From NCBI GenBank assembly GCA_032718475.1, contig JAUCBJ010008826.1:13667-77666 (forward strand): a stretch of 64,000 nt of DNA, in the 5' to 3' direction. Below are positions 22,741 through 36,243 of the stretch, piece after piece (the first letter of the stretch is position 1; the number at the start of each line of letters is the position of its first letter). Source of the stretch: Nemertoderma westbladi. Its lineage: Eukaryota > Animalia > Xenacoelomorpha. Under the pieces are notes generated by a model, which saw nothing but the letters and a program-made list of their open reading frames with translations, searched no databases and was not told the DNA's origin. The position numbers were made by a program, and so were the translations under genes.

Positions 22741-24168
22741 TGTATCAGGTCTGAAATGAGAGTCTTACAAATTCGAATGGCAACGAACAAATTCGAAGGT
22801 TACTGTTCCACCTTGGTGTAGTGGTTGCGTTGAATTCACATCTCTCTCCCGTATGTCATGGGTTCGATCCCTGCATGAACCAGGGCAGTTTTCGTTCGGT
22901 CAGCAATAGGCCTAACTTTGCAAAATGCACTATTATTGCCTAGTAACCAATTCATGGCTACTATATGGTTTTCACTTTGAGACATTTCGCCCTCTAGCAG
23001 CAGACTGGGGAACTGGGGATAATATATCTAAATAAGTCTCAAACCTCTTGCCTCATGGCTCGCCCCTTAGAACTCTTACGCAATATGGCTTAAAGTTTTT
23101 AAGGAACACTGGTAAACGAGATTTGTTAATTACGTATACCTCGCAGTCTTAAGTAATTAATTATACAGTAGGTTAGATCGTTTTGAGAATAGGACCATTG
23201 GAAACAGCACCCTCGATAACCTCAGTACAAAGAAAATTAATACAGATTAACCGGATATAGCTTGTTATTATAAAACATAAATTATAATACAGAACAATTA
23301 GGGTTGTAAATAAAAACAAATTAAATTGAAGATAAACTGTATATATAAACTTATGTATTAATTGAGGGCCCTATTTAATTATACAGTATACTGAAAATGA
23401 TTAGCGATACCAAAATTAGATTATCGATAGGGATGTGGCTTCCTTAAATGAGGCAATGCTGACGCAGCACAAAGAATTTTAAGAGGGGCCCTGATAAATT
23501 GCTTTTCATGCGTAACTGGTAACCTAGGCGATAGCTTGTGTTAAGTTTAGGCCCTTTGCTAACATTAACTCCAAAATAGTTGCCAGTAAGGGAGCTGTAT
23601 ACCATAGAACTATATAGATATTGTGTCATGGTGATCTCATTTAGTAGCGGTAAGTAATATAAAAACTAATTAATATTAAAATAGAAATCAATATATAAAG
23701 TAAAAGTAATACATTTAATTAATTTACAATAAAGTACAAATAAATAATTAATTTAAAATTAAATAAATAAAGTAAAAATAAATACAATTAAATAAATTAA
23801 AATTAAATACAAATAAATAAGTATTAATAAATAAAAGAGCTGCGGTGTCACTTATGACACCCTCTTGAGCCTCTAGGTGACAGTTAGACAACACTCATGA
23901 CCCATTGGGTGTTAGGGCGCTATTCGGTCTGATTAATTAGGATATTCAATTAAACCCTAATTAGGAGTCGTAAGACACCTATTAGGGATTAAATGTATTA
24001 ATTAATTGATGACACCTGTCAAGTAGGGTCTTATTAGCCTAATTAGGAGGTGTCATCCAGACAGTCTGGTGCCAATGACACCCAATGATACCCATAGGTG
24101 TCACATTCCTAAGCGATGAGTCATGAGTGGGGACTAACTGTCGCCGAGCCGCCCAAGACCCTACTACT
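22740..24168 (-). repeat. Right TIR (outer part) of the Polinton-like element
   Basis: Reverse complement of 2189-3680. Confidence 0.9.
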
Positions 24169-24274
24169 ATTAATTTTGGTACCAGTACAATAAAATGAGA
24201 TCAAAATTGAAAGGGCAAAACTGGTCGATATAAATAACAGTTTTAGATGTAAAGTAAAAGAGATAATTACTTAC

Positions 24275-24541
24275 AGTGTTAAAATCGTCATAGTCTTTAG
24301 GTTTGATGAGAAAGCCTGTACTTTCTTCCATGCCAATTTCCTTGCGTCCATTTGATCCATGCACTGCACTATCTCCAATAGGCCAACCGATATCAGGAGG
24401 ATCTTCATTGATGTTAATGAAGGATTCTCCACCATCACTTTCACTACAACCTTCGATAGTAACATTTTCAGCAACACCAAGTTCTTTGTTATCACCAGAT
24501 TCTATATCTCCTCCTTTCGTAAAATTATCTGGATTATCCAT
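24275..24541 (-). other. Possible exon or decayed coding fragment of unknown identity
   Basis: Acidic ORF MDNPDNFTKGG...DYDDFNT followed by a GTAAGT donor-like site. No recognisable domain, and an in-frame TGA lies just upstream. Confidence 0.2.
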
Positions 24542-25200
24542 CTTGAGTCTGTCAATGCCTCACCTAAGTGTATCTAACTTTGCCACATCAGTTGTCGCTG
24601 AGGCTATAGGCCCCTAGTTGTTCTTGATATGCAATATAGTAGTGTTTTTCTTATCTTCGATAAGTTAGTAATACGGGTAATCTGATAATTTATTGATGTA
24701 GGAGAGACATTATATCTACAATGACATAAGACTTAGAAACTGCGTTGGTACTGTAGCCGTGATGTAGCGTATATTTCGTTCAGTTTTTAGTTTAGTTCGT
24801 AAAGGTCGGCTAATAAAAGAATAAAAATGTGCTTCCCCAGACAATGAGGGCGTAATTTAAGTGTATAATATACATATATATATATTATATATATATATAT
24901 CCTGTACCGAAATATAGAAATATCCAACATAATTACCGGATAATAAAATATTGCCAAACTAACATAAAGCACTTATTGGATTGTAAAGAAATTAACTGAG
25001 TTGACAATAAATTTACAGGATAGTGATAAATGTACCGGTACTGAACTGACAACGAAATTGACAGGAACCAAAAATGTATCCAACTGACAACATTTTGACG
25101 GACGGACAAAAATTATCCTAAAGTAGTTTACAAAAACGAAAGAAAATAAGTTTCTAAACTAAATATTAGCCTAAAAAGCAAGTCAGGTGACCTAGCCGGA

Positions 25201-25914
25201 TATATAGGGAACGCCCATTGCACCATTCTAACTCGAGTAAGTCGCAATTTTTTTCATATTTTATGAGTAAGTAGTGATTATTTTCTTATTGGCTAATAGT
25301 AAGTAGCGGTTTTTTCTTATTGGTCAAGACTAAGTAGTGATTTTTTCTTTTTGGCTAGAGTAAGTTGCGATTTTTTCTTATTGGTCAACAGTAAGTAAGT
25401 GATCTTTTCTTATTACTGGCTAGAGTAAGTAGCGATTTTTTCTTATTGATTAATAAATAAGTAGCAATTTTTGTCTTATTGGTCTAGAGTAAGTAATGAT
25501 TTTTTCTTATTGGCGATTAGTAAGTAGCGATTTTTTCTTATTGGTCAAGAGTAAGTAAGTGATTTTTTTTTATTGGCTAGAGTAAGTAGCGATTTTTTCT
25601 TATTGATTAATAAATAAGTAGCAATTTTTTTCTTATTGGTCTAGAGTAAGTAGTGATTTTTTCTTATTGGCTAGAGTAAGTAGTGATATTTTCTTATTGG
25701 TCAAGAGTAAGTAAGTGATTTTTTCTTATTGGCTAGAGTAAGTAGCGATTTTTTCTTATTGATTAATAAATAAGTAGCGATTTTTTTCTTATTGGCTAGA
25801 GTAAGTAGTGATTTTTTGCTTATTGGATAAGAGTAAGAAACGATTTTTTAAATTTCTCTGCACCAAGAGTAGATAGTAGTCGTGGAATGGCGCTAATGGC
25901 GTTCCATAGATATA
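25201..25914. mobile_element. MITE-like element with an internal ~30-33-bp minisatellite
   Basis: Imperfect TIRs TATATAGGGAACGCCCATTGCACCATTC / GAATGGCGCTAATGGCGTTCCATAGATATA. Interior is (TTTTTTCTTATTGGCTAGAGTAAGTAGCGA)n. Confidence 0.65.
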
Positions 25915-25944
25915 AACCAACTGTCCGAAGATAAGTGTTTTTTT

Positions 25945-26200
25945 ATGTGGGGCGAGTCACGTAAGTCCAGGACCCAGGTGAGCCTTTAGCGTAGGGGTAC
26001 AATTAGTGGACCCGTCTGTCGTCATCATTGTTGTCGTCATTGTCGAAAATGTTTGAACGCTAATAAGTTGGTCAATCAGGGATAAAATGAAACCAAACTT
26101 GGTACACATGTAGTCAATCAAAAGTTTAGAAACTATACACAGAGACAGACTTCTGTACTTCATCTGTTTGCCACTAAGGCAGTAGGGGGCGAATTGACAG
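25945..26200 (+). mobile_element. Helentron-associated (HINE/DINE/pearl-like) element 5' end; a related inverted copy lies at ~28030-28151
   Basis: T-run, then GTGGGGC...CACGTAAGTCCAG...GAGCCTTT, a (GTC)n-like microsatellite and an AAACTTGGTACACATG core. Family assignment is by architecture only. Confidence 0.45.
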
Positions 26201-26329
26201 AAACGTAGAAGTATTGAATTCTATTTCATTTATTAAGAATGAAATATAATATTTTAATTATTATATGTAAATCGCAAGGACGACCTTAACACAACAACAA
26301 TTAACAATCAATACATACATATTTGTACA

Positions 26330-27620
26330 TTTGCAGTTATTGGAGTTTATGACCCTGGCAAACCGGCACCATCGTCCATTCCGAGTCCAGAGCGCCACTT
26401 GATACGGGATCCACGAACGCAGGAGAAGCGCCTCGGATTATAGCGAACTGGATTCGCGTCTAACCCACCCCATTACCACGCTGTATGGCTGCGCCCATAC
26501 CTGACTCAGACGGCAAACAAAGACACGAAGCAGCTGGTTGCCGTTGAGGTGCAATAAGCCCATCACAAGATACTACAAATGGGGCAAAGTCACGTCATCG
26601 CATCTCCACTGCTGCTTAATAGAGTTGCCTTTTCACTTCATGTTTTCAGTTCTTTCTAGGAATGTCATTGGGGTGCGTCCCGTATATACGTATACTCATC
26701 AGCGAACCAGTTTTGGTACACTGAGGGGATCTTAGGAGTTGGATCAATGGGAGAACTCTGGCGGCATAAAACAGCATTGCCAAAGTATCTCCCTGCATCA
26801 CTCACTCCTCCCTAAATAACACAGTATTCGTTCCCCAAATTGTCAGGATACTGTAACCACGGTAGTAATTTAACAGGAATGTTGAGCACTGCGGCCACAA
26901 CCAACTCACATTCCAAAGTGTAGCGGTCCTATTGAATGCATTCGCCGCATCCACGAGCAGCACTCCCCCGCCGTACTCAGATCGGTTTTCAAACAAAGGG
27001 GTCATGGAGTGGACTGCGACCTCAACCCCAGCTGACATCCTGGCAGAGATTTGTTACTCACTACAGGTGGCAGTCATGTCAGTACCAAGTGGCAAGCACC
27101 ATCGCATGGCAGATAATTCGGTGCAGTATATCATCTATACCAATGGGTTGTACCCCTGGACACTTGTCCAGAGCAATTAGTCTACCATACATGAGGGCCC
27201 TCACTACTTACCATGGAGCTACCTTTTTGGCGAGCAATCTGGTGATGCTAGCAACTGCAGTGCACAGTACAATTGGCAATTCAGTGACAATTGTAACTCC
27301 ACTTCCATGAACCTTCCGTGCAACCATTGCTATATGTGCGGCTGTAATATCCACCTCAACGAACTATGGCATATCTTCAGCGATGGAGTAGGAGTAGGGC
27401 TCTTGGATAAGGGGTGGAAACTGTGAGATGTTTGGCCTTTAGTGAATCAACCAATCAAAAACGGATGCCTGATGTCCAGCTACTGTTGTAGACTCCCCTG
27501 GATCAAGTACTCCCCTGGTTTCTCTCCCTGTGACCCATCGAACCACACTCCTAACTTTACCCTTAAGCAGACGAAGGTAAACAAACACTCGAACAGTCTG
27601 TTCTTTCTCCGCGGCTGAAT
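26330..27620 (-). pseudogene. Decayed CRE-clade-like non-LTR retrotransposon (RT plus C-terminal remnant)
   Basis: SAGVEVAVHSM...VLLVDAANAFN...LWP..STFLLNYYRG, followed by QGDTLAMLFY. A FAIIRGAS-like C-terminal remnant lies near 26430. Confidence 0.7.
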
Positions 27621-29279
27621 TGGAGTTTCAGTGGCAAGGCAATGATTAACGCCAAAAACACAGACAGACAGACGAAAGGTTGGCAGTCAATGATAGGAGG
27701 ACTGGTGATAATTGGAAATTTATCTGGAATTACTAACTACCCCGCTCCGCGTATACTCTGCCTGTCTTACCGTGAGAAAAACTGCCGCCGTTGCCGATGA
27801 TCACATTGACGTGTGTGTGTATGTCGCCACTTGCTAACTTGAGTGTCCTGAAAACGGAAAAACCCCGCGGCTTTGCCGGGAGAACGTCCTCTCTGGTATC
27901 GAAGGGTCTAATTGATATGTAATATCTGAATATATCAGCTAGCAGTAGCGGTACAGCAGTATCAGACGTTTAGTAACCAGTGCAGTGTTCTCATTTTTAC
28001 ATTATTAAATTCTTAATTTCTTATTAAATTCTTAATAAATTTTACATTCCTCCGTCTGCCGCTAGCGCGCTAGGGGGAGAATGACTAGGTCCACTCATTG
28101 TACCTCTGCGCAAAGGCTCATCTGGACTTACGTGCTGCGCGAAGTCCCCACGTACATGTTTTTACAACTGAAATTAGGACATTTGCAAATTATGTAATAA
28201 CTTTGCTTTCGTCGGGATAACGGATAGAAGTTAATTCGATTAGTTTATGTAACTCGTGGGACAGATTGGTTAATGGTTCCCGTAGACCGTGAATTAATTA
28301 ATATATAATGTTTGCACGCCGAATATTCTGATTACACACAAACCCCAAAACCCCGAAGGATTTTATCTGAATTGGCCCCTGCAGGTAGGCTATACTCATA
28401 TACAGTGCAGTGGTGGCAATCCCATCAGGCAGTCAGGATAGTATAAATTCCTGTAATTTAAATATTAAATAGCACAATGGTTAATAAATATAATGGTGTA
28501 GGCTACAATATGGTAAGCTCTTAATGTTTGTAAACCTAAAATATATGGCTGCATGATATATTTTGAATTGACCTTTATATAAAGTAAACCGGATCAAAGC
28601 TATTTTTCAGTTTTCAATTTCCACTAAAATTCTATAGAAATTCCTAAAAGCTCCAACTTACTGCAGTGAATGATCCATTCCTGAGTAATAGGAGAGAGGG
28701 CTGTTGCGCTGTCAGTCAGAGAGGTAACAGCCTGTGGGGTAAGGATTTACCCCTGGGACCTGTATTAGGCAAAATAGCAGTAGCTGTGTAGGCCCACCAG
28801 TACTGTGCACGGTACAAGACCCGAAATTGAGCCTACATCTGTAAATAATACACGGTTTCGCGGTACAAGACCATATAAATTAGACCACCATCTGTAAAAT
28901 GCTCGCGTGAGTTCAGGAGTTGCACAGATGTCAGGATGTGCTGATTATATATCATGCATTAGGCCTAACGGATTCTGGTAGCCTGGAACTAGACCACCTG
29001 ACCACTACAAAAACTGATGCGACAGAGCGAGGTGCCGTTAGCCTAACATTTCTCGGAGGCTGGTCCGATAACACTCAACGGTCAACGCATTGTTTGGTTG
29101 GACATTGACATTACCGGTATTGCATTACCTGATTACAGTGTACATTACTGCATTATTACATACGGATTAGTATGGATTGAGAAATTGGATATATTTGACG
29201 TCAATGGAGGTTTGGTTTGAGAAATTAATACAGTAATATCACGTAGGCCTACCTAATCATATCTTTGCGTTAATTATTA

Positions 29280-29612
29280 CTAGATCCACTGGCCCCCAGC
29301 CACCTTCAACAAACCATCATTGCCGAGAGGCACTCAGCTAAGGGGGCGGAGCGCATTAAAAACTCTAAGTATCGCGACCAAATGGACCGGGGCCATTTAT
29401 TTCACCCCGTGGCCTTTGAGACCTTTGGCCGCCCTGGTCCAGAGACACCCACCTTCCTCCGGGAGATCGGGGCTCGTCTCCACAGTGCCACCCACGAACC
29501 GCGGTCACACCAGTTTCTGCTCCAACGCCTGGAGATGGCAATTTTGGTTGGTAATGCAGCCTCAGTCATGGGGACAGCAACCACGCCGACCATCGGTCTA
29601 TTCGGGGACTGA
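29280..29612 (+). pseudogene. 3' fragment of a CRE-like non-LTR element (restriction-like endonuclease C-terminus)
   Basis: AERIKNSKYRD...FHPVAFETFGRPG...FLREIG...EPRSHQFLLQRLEMAILVGNAASVMGT. Confidence 0.75.
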
Positions 29613-30789
29613 AGAGCCGAAACCAATCGAAACTGTCGAGACGGCCGAAGATATTCAATACTCTATCTTATGCATTATGCAATCTCAAATATTCAATGTT
29701 CGATCCCTAGATGGGGCAGTACTGTTTGGGCACAGTGCTTTAAATGCTGCAGCCTAGCCCAACCCCGGCTGTCATCCTTCAGTGGTCGATTGGGAACCAA
29801 GGCAACTTGGGAAACAGAGTGGAAGGGTTTACTGTGGAAGATCACCCATGGTGGTGAACAGGCATTCCTTGGCTTAACGAGCCTAAAAGATTCTCCCATT
29901 CAAATATTCAATTCGGTACTGTACCTTCAATTAAATATTCAATCTTAGTATTATTTCTGTGCTTCGTTATTTAATAATGTGATTAGATAAAAAAAATAAA
30001 TTAATGAAATATAATTCATCTGTTAATTACTACAAAAAAAAATCCAACATTATATTAACATTTATATAGTTTTGAATTAAATGTTTCGAAATCAACAGTC
30101 ATTCAATGAACTTATACAGCAGTGTCATATATCGTGTATCCCTTGGCTGCTTGGTTTAATCACTATTCTTTATTCAAGTATAACTGAATCCTGGCCCGGC
30201 GCCTTCACCCTCCACTGATAATTTAAAATCGTAACTTATTCAATCTTTGACTAAATTATACCAAACTTGGTAAACATGTAATCTTGTCTATCGGCTAAAA
30301 TAAACACAACTTGCTAAAGTTTCCCCTATAATGTTTTTTCCTATAGAACAGGATGCAGTTTTATTTTAGTAGTAAACAAGCTGTTATTTGCGTCGATTTT
30401 CACCTGGAGAGGGAAGAATATTGATTGCACCCCCCCCCCCCCCCCCCCCCTGCAGTTAAGTAAGTGAAAATATGGCACCATTTAATTTTATTATCACGGT
30501 CGCACATCAAGTAGTCTGTCAAAAGATACAATTCATTATAAACATAACAAAATTAATTATAATAATTCTAAAAATATAAGGCAGATCTTCCTAAAGTTAG
30601 CTCTTTAGTCTTTAGCAATCTTATCCATAAGATTAAAATATATTATTAGGAATTCGAAGAAAGCAAATTGTATTGAGTTAGTATTGGCAAGTTAATCTCA
30701 CAAACCAGTCTAGTCTAACCTTAGAGTAGCCTTGCTCGCATTGTTCCAGGTTTAGGCCTATAGATTCCACCGTCTTCGTTCCAGGTTTA

Positions 30790-31090
30790 ATTCTGTAATA
30801 GACTCCGTTATCCGTCTCGATCGCTTCGCTATGCACCATCTTACTGGGTTTAATAAACTCCATCGCCTTCCTGTCGTTCTCTGTTTTGTAGATTACTTCG
30901 CCATCGTCTGATCGCTTTGGTTGCGTGTTTAATACTGTAATAGACTCCGTTGTCCGTCTCGATCGCTTCGCTATGCACATCTTACTGGGTTTAATAAACT
31001 CCATCGCCTTCCTGTCGTTCTCTGTGTTGTAGATTACTTCGCCATCATCTGATCGCTTTGGTTGCGTGTTTAATACTGTAATAGACTCCA
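30790..31090. repeat. ~141-bp tandem repeat (2+ copies), giving the 47-aa repeat ORF 30678-31145 (-)
   Basis: TAATAGACTCC at 30796, 30938 and 31079. Confidence 0.8.
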
Positions 31091-31679
31091 CCGCCATCGT
31101 ATCGTTCTGGATACATTGAATAGACTCCATCAGTCCATTGTCCATCGCGATCGTTTCATTGTTACGTTTAATTGACTCCGTCGCCTCCTCGGATTAGGAA
31201 TCCGACCGGGTTTCGTAGATTCCGCCATCGTTCAGCAGTTCAGTGTTTTTAATCAAAGCCAGAATTCCGGCACCGGCACCACGATCAACGATTTCGGAAG
31301 TAACAGACTCCGTTAACAACACTCGGGGTTTAAAAAATACAACTATTGGGCAACTTGTAACTGGGCGATCATCAGATCATCTATCTGATAGTTGAAAAAG
31401 ACTCTCTGACAGTTGGTATCAGACTATCTGATAGTTAGCGCCCCATGGGTAAATCCTTACCCCATGGGCTGTTACCTCTCTGACTGACAGAGCAACAGCC
31501 CCTATAGAGTAATAGTGTATATTAGTCAGGTGATTGGTTCATTGGTTGCCAAGTAGCCTAGGCCCTACAGTAATTTTTACAGTAGAGTAGGTTAATGCTA
31601 CTGTATATGTTCGTAATATGACATATTAGCGTAGCCCTAATGAAATATACTCGATACTGTTATGAGAATTTTTAGAGAC

Positions 31680-32535
31680 TTCAGATACCATCAGTTCAAC
31701 AATCTCCCACTAGAGGGCTACATGTCTTAACATTAAATGTCCTCCAATTTCTTTGCTTTTAATTCGTTCAAGCTGAAACTTGGCAGATGTTTGCGAGGCC
31801 ATCATCTGTTTCATTCACAGTTATCTAGTCTGCCGCTAGAGAGTGAAATGTCTGAAAGTGAAATCCTTTACCCATTCTGTTATTTAGATTAAGATCCGTT
31901 CAAGATGAAACTTGTCAGATATGTGATAGAACACATCTTTTCTCTTTGTGGGGTCGGAAATCGGTATGCAGTTCTCCAGTCTGCCGCTAGTGGGCGACAT
32001 ATCTGAAAGTGAAAACCTTCCTCGTTTCCTTGATTTTAATCCGTTTAAGCTGAAACTTAGCATATGTACTACAGTAGAAAACTGGTGCTTCTTTGTGGGA
32101 TGGTACTCCATCTACACTTCTACAGTTTGCCGCTAGAGGTCGAAATGTCTGAAAGTGAAAGTCTTCTCTCATTTCGTTATTTGTTATCCGTTCAAGGTGA
32201 ACTTTGAGACCATACATACACCTTCCTGTGTCTTTGTTGGCACGGTAATCCCTCAGCAGTTCTCCAGTCTACCGCTAATGGGCTGAAATTAAAACATTTT
32301 AGAAATATGTTAAATAAAAACCTTCAGCCATTTCGTATTATTGTTAATAAACCTTTCCTTCTGATTGATATCTGGTATTGTGAGGTGTTAATCGAATGCA
32401 GTGTACATTCTGCCTCTTGTGTTACAGTGATTAGAGAGGACATATGCCTAGATTTTGCTAATAATTATTCTGAGTTGACACATAACATAAGTATATATTA
32501 CGTGCTGCGCGAAGGCCCCACTTCGTGTAGGAATA
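31680..32535 (+). mobile_element. HINE-like element: ~150-bp core repeats and 3' end, with the terminal hairpin split by a MITE
   Basis: Repeats of TTCAAGCTGAAACTT...CAGTCTGCCGCTAGAG..GAAATGTCTGAAAGTG. 3' TTACGTGCTGCGCGAAGGCCCCA. Hairpin arms AGGCCCCA/TGGGGCCT rejoin when 32536-34411 is removed. Confidence 0.5.
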
Positions 32536-34411
32536 CAGTCGGGGTCTCAAAGTGCATCTGTTCTTTGAGATTTTCTCAAAGAACTAAAAGTGTCTCAAAT
32601 TTCTAAAAGTGGTCCAAGAAAATGACAAAGTGTCCTCAAAGATTTCAAAGTAGTACTGTCAGTCATTTCACACAGTCCTGCCTGAAGCTGGCTATGGTAT
32701 GGGGTATATTGACTTTGACTACTATAGGGTAAAATATAAGTAATAAAAACCTCTATAAAACAATAAAGATGCCTCCAAAAAATACTGCAGTAATAAATAT
32801 TTGTTACTGAAAGTAAGAATTAAACTTACTGCAGTAATAAAAAATTGTCTTTTTCTGCAGTAACAAATAATTTGTTACTGCAGTAGAATTTTTTATTCAA
32901 TTATTTATTAATATTGATTACTGCAGTATAAATTTTTATTCAATTATTAAATTATTAATATTGATTATTGCAGTAATAAATATTTATTACTGCAGTAATA
33001 AATATTTGTTACTGCAATAATTGTTATATGTTACTGCAGTAACTAATATTTAATACAGCAGTATTTTTTGCAGGTATTTTTATTGTTTCATAGAGGATTT
33101 TATTAATTTATATTTTGACTCTTTAGAGACGCCATAATTGCGGGCTATCGGAATGTGTTGGTATTTGTGTAATAGACAGTTTGTCTGTTGCCCTATCTAT
33201 ATTAATGTATAGTGCTAAAACTGTACTGTTTAAATTTGTTTAGCCCACGTGAACGCCGAATACCTTTACCAATGCATTTCAATGGTCAACCAGCCATACC
33301 TTGCCGCACTGTAAATTGTGTTATACAAAGTAAAGAATAACGATAGAGGCAGGAATAAAGATAAATGATTCAAGCGCGCTAATTGGCTGTTCCCATAGAT
33401 GTTTTAGTTTTAGGCATTGTTGGTGCGCAATGCATATATGGTCAGAGCGACCGCCCAGTCTGCCAAAATCTATTATGTAATCAAATGGTACCACAAGCCA
33501 AGCAAAGCATGTGACAGTTCTTTCCGACTCTGCACCTGTTTGTTTGAAGGTCGCCGTCCGTGGGTCGCTACTCGCTAGCTGTGATTGATAGTTTAAACTT
33601 CCTTCTGGCAAAGCGGCATGCCAGAAGGCGGTACACATCAATTGAATATGAGGCAAACATTTAAAATATGCTCAAATATAAACGCCAGGGGCAGGGGATA
33701 TTTTAATATCTCTATTAAGCTAAAACAACACAAGATTGTAGCCGTTCTATCGTACTTGAAAGTCGAAAGCCTTTCTTAGTTTTTAAGAAGGAATTCTCGC
33801 GCTCTCGTCAACATAGTTATCATATTAATTAAACAGTTAAGGTAGTACGGTTTGACCTGAGGTGACTAATGAAATGAATAACAAATGTTATTACAAGCTT
33901 TCTCCCAACAGGGCTTCTTTAGGTCATTATAATGAAACTGCATATACACAGAGATACTACAGTGCAGTTTCTCTTAGGGTGACGTAAATTCAATTTGTAC
34001 TTGCGACCGAAAACCCATTCCGTAATGACCTCAGGAACCTCAATTTGATAAATTAATGGGAATATAGCTTCTATGCAACAACTGGCCAGCACACAAGTAT
34101 CACTTTGTTGCCCGCATAATATTGTTCCCCGAGAATGCCTCTGCCTCTCAGTTAACTTACCACGAGCTGTCAATCAGGAATACCTCAGAGTTTATTTTCT
34201 CAAAGAATTAAAAGTGCCGCAAACTACCTCAAAGTGACATTTCTCAAAGAATTCAAAGTGCCTAAAAGCAGGAAATCACTTTGAGATTCCCAACTAAAAG
34301 TGTCTACAAGAATTCAAAGCGACCGTTGGGAGTAATGTAATGACTTTTAGACACTTTTAGAAAAACTTTGAGAAAATCTCAAAGAACAGATGCACTTTGA
34401 GACCCCGACTG
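32536..34411. mobile_element. Tc1/mariner-type non-autonomous element (TA TSD)
   Basis: TIR CAGTCGGGGTCTCAAAGTGCATCTGTTCTTTGAGATTTTCTCAAAG at both ends, flanked by TA at 32534-32535 and 34412-34413. Confidence 0.85.
32725..33122. mobile_element. AT-rich foldback MITE nested in the previous element
   Basis: Imperfect TIRs AGGGTAAAATATAAG.../...TTATATTTTGACTCT with many TTACTGCAGTAA palindromes. Confidence 0.55.
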
Positions 34412-36243
34412 TATATGGGGCCTAATATTGATGGTAGAGAAACAAATTAGTTTGATTAGGGCATTTCCTATCGGTTGTTCGTGTGTAGTGATTGGATATC
34501 GTACTTGGCGCGGTTCTGTGTTACCGTATGAAGTATAGCTCTATAGTGAGACAGGGGGAAAACTGGACGCGAATCCCATCTTGGCGAATTAATATTCCGC
34601 TTCAATGTTGAATTCTCAATTTTGGGAAAGGAGCAGGTTACAGTGGCACGTTATTTTAACCAAAACTATAAACTAAACACAATAGAAGGATGAATTTTTA
34701 CTACGTTTACGTTTACTACGTTTATTATAGTATTAATAACGAACCTGTCTTTGGACTGAGTAGTTCTTGTCGAGAGTTGAGCCGTTCAAAAACACGGGGT
34801 GGTGGGGTGTGAGGGGGTGTTTGTAAAACCTCTACAGGTCTAACTACACAGCAGCTTTTTAGGCTAAAGTGCTAACTTTTTAAAGTGCTAACTTAAAGTG
34901 CTAACCAAACCTGTCAAATGAATTTTAAAGCCATGATTGGTCCAAATTTGCTTTCAGTTTGGCTGTTAGCACTTTAAAGTTTTAGCAAACTCGGACATGT
35001 GTATGTGTAAATTGCGATGCGCCCCCTAGCGTCTCATGTGTGCATTACTATATTGGCTGAATCCTCTGTAGTGCTAACTTTGTGTGTAAATGTTAGCAGT
35101 ATAACATTTTGATAGTAAAGTTAATATAGTGCTAACTGCGCTGTGTAAATGTTAGTAGTATAATATTTTAAAAGTAAATTGAATATACTGAAGTGCTAAC
35201 CTAGTATGAAAATGATGGCAGTCATAATGAACTAATTGATTGCTTTTTATAAGACGTTATTATTTCGTCGAGTTAGCACTTTATAATTTCTGCCATGGCA
35301 AAATATTTATCACAAACACACTTTCCAATGTTTTGCAAATCAGACAACATAAAGTAAGGCAATGCTTTTTTTATTAACAATAAAATGTCTGGAGTTAGGA
35401 CGGTGTTCGGACACTTCCCCCCCGTTCAAGTAGGACACTTCCCCCCCGGACACTTCCCCCCGGACACTTCCCCCCCAGACACTTCCCCCCGGACACTTCC
35501 CCCCCGACTGTTCTTAACTTTGCACATTCGTATTTTTCATTTTGTAAGGTAAACGGACCGCTTGTATCCAGATAAGTTGTATCCAATTTTCTTTTCGTAG
35601 CTCAGAAAGTGATCTTTTGCATCCCGATTTTACATTTTATATCCAAGTTTTATTTATGGGTTTTATCAATGCAATTACATCGTATTGTTGGCTAATCTTT
35701 AAACAATTAATTAGATGACCTATAAATTCCATCCCCCGAATGATATACTGTTTTTATTAACTATAGAATTATAATAATTAATTGTTTTAATTATAAGTAT
35801 TATTATCCCATATTAGTTAGCTTATTATTATCTTCCCACATTCCCATCTTCCCACATTCCCATCTTCCGACATTCCCACCTTCCCAACCACCTTCCCATC
35901 TCCCCACCTTCCCACCCTCCCACCTTCCTACCATCCCAGCTTCCCTCCGACCGACCGACCAACCCACCGTCCGACCAAGCCACCCACCCACCTACCCACC
36001 CCTTTAAACAAATGTTGACCCATTTTATTTCGACTTTCCTGGGCACTCTGGGAAAGTTCACACGGGCCGGGGTTTGGGGGTGGCAGCCCCCAACAAAAGA
36101 AACGGGGGTTTGGGGGCGGTAGCCCCCAATTAAAAGAAAAACAAATAAAATTTGAATATAAAAATATTTCTTTTATAATTTTGAAAAAACTTCTCTAGAT
36201 ACAACTTGTCCTGTAACCATCTTTAACTTTTGTTTATTGCTTT

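Larger units (their letters stand above)
2189..24168. mobile_element. Non-autonomous Polinton/Maverick-like element with very long terminal inverted repeats
   Basis: Begins AGTAGTAGAGTCTTGGGCGGCTCGGCGACAG (2189) and ends CTGTCGCCGAGCCGCCCAAGACCCTACTACT (24168). Flanked by ATTGAT (2183-2188) and ATTAAT (24169-24174), a 6-bp TSD with one mismatch. Inverted similarity runs from 2189-~5284 (excluding the solo LTR) against ~21377-24168. No pPolB, integrase or capsid ORF is present. Confidence 0.75.
28692..31506. mobile_element. Non-autonomous TIR DNA transposon (Mutator/hAT-like) with 9-bp TSD
   Basis: ~60-bp TIRs GGGCTGTTGCGCTGTCAGTCAGAGAGGTAACAGCC...GGTAAGGATTTACCC at ~28698 and inverted at ~31441-31502. 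GAGTAATAG at 28683-28691 and 31507-31515. Confidence 0.7.
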
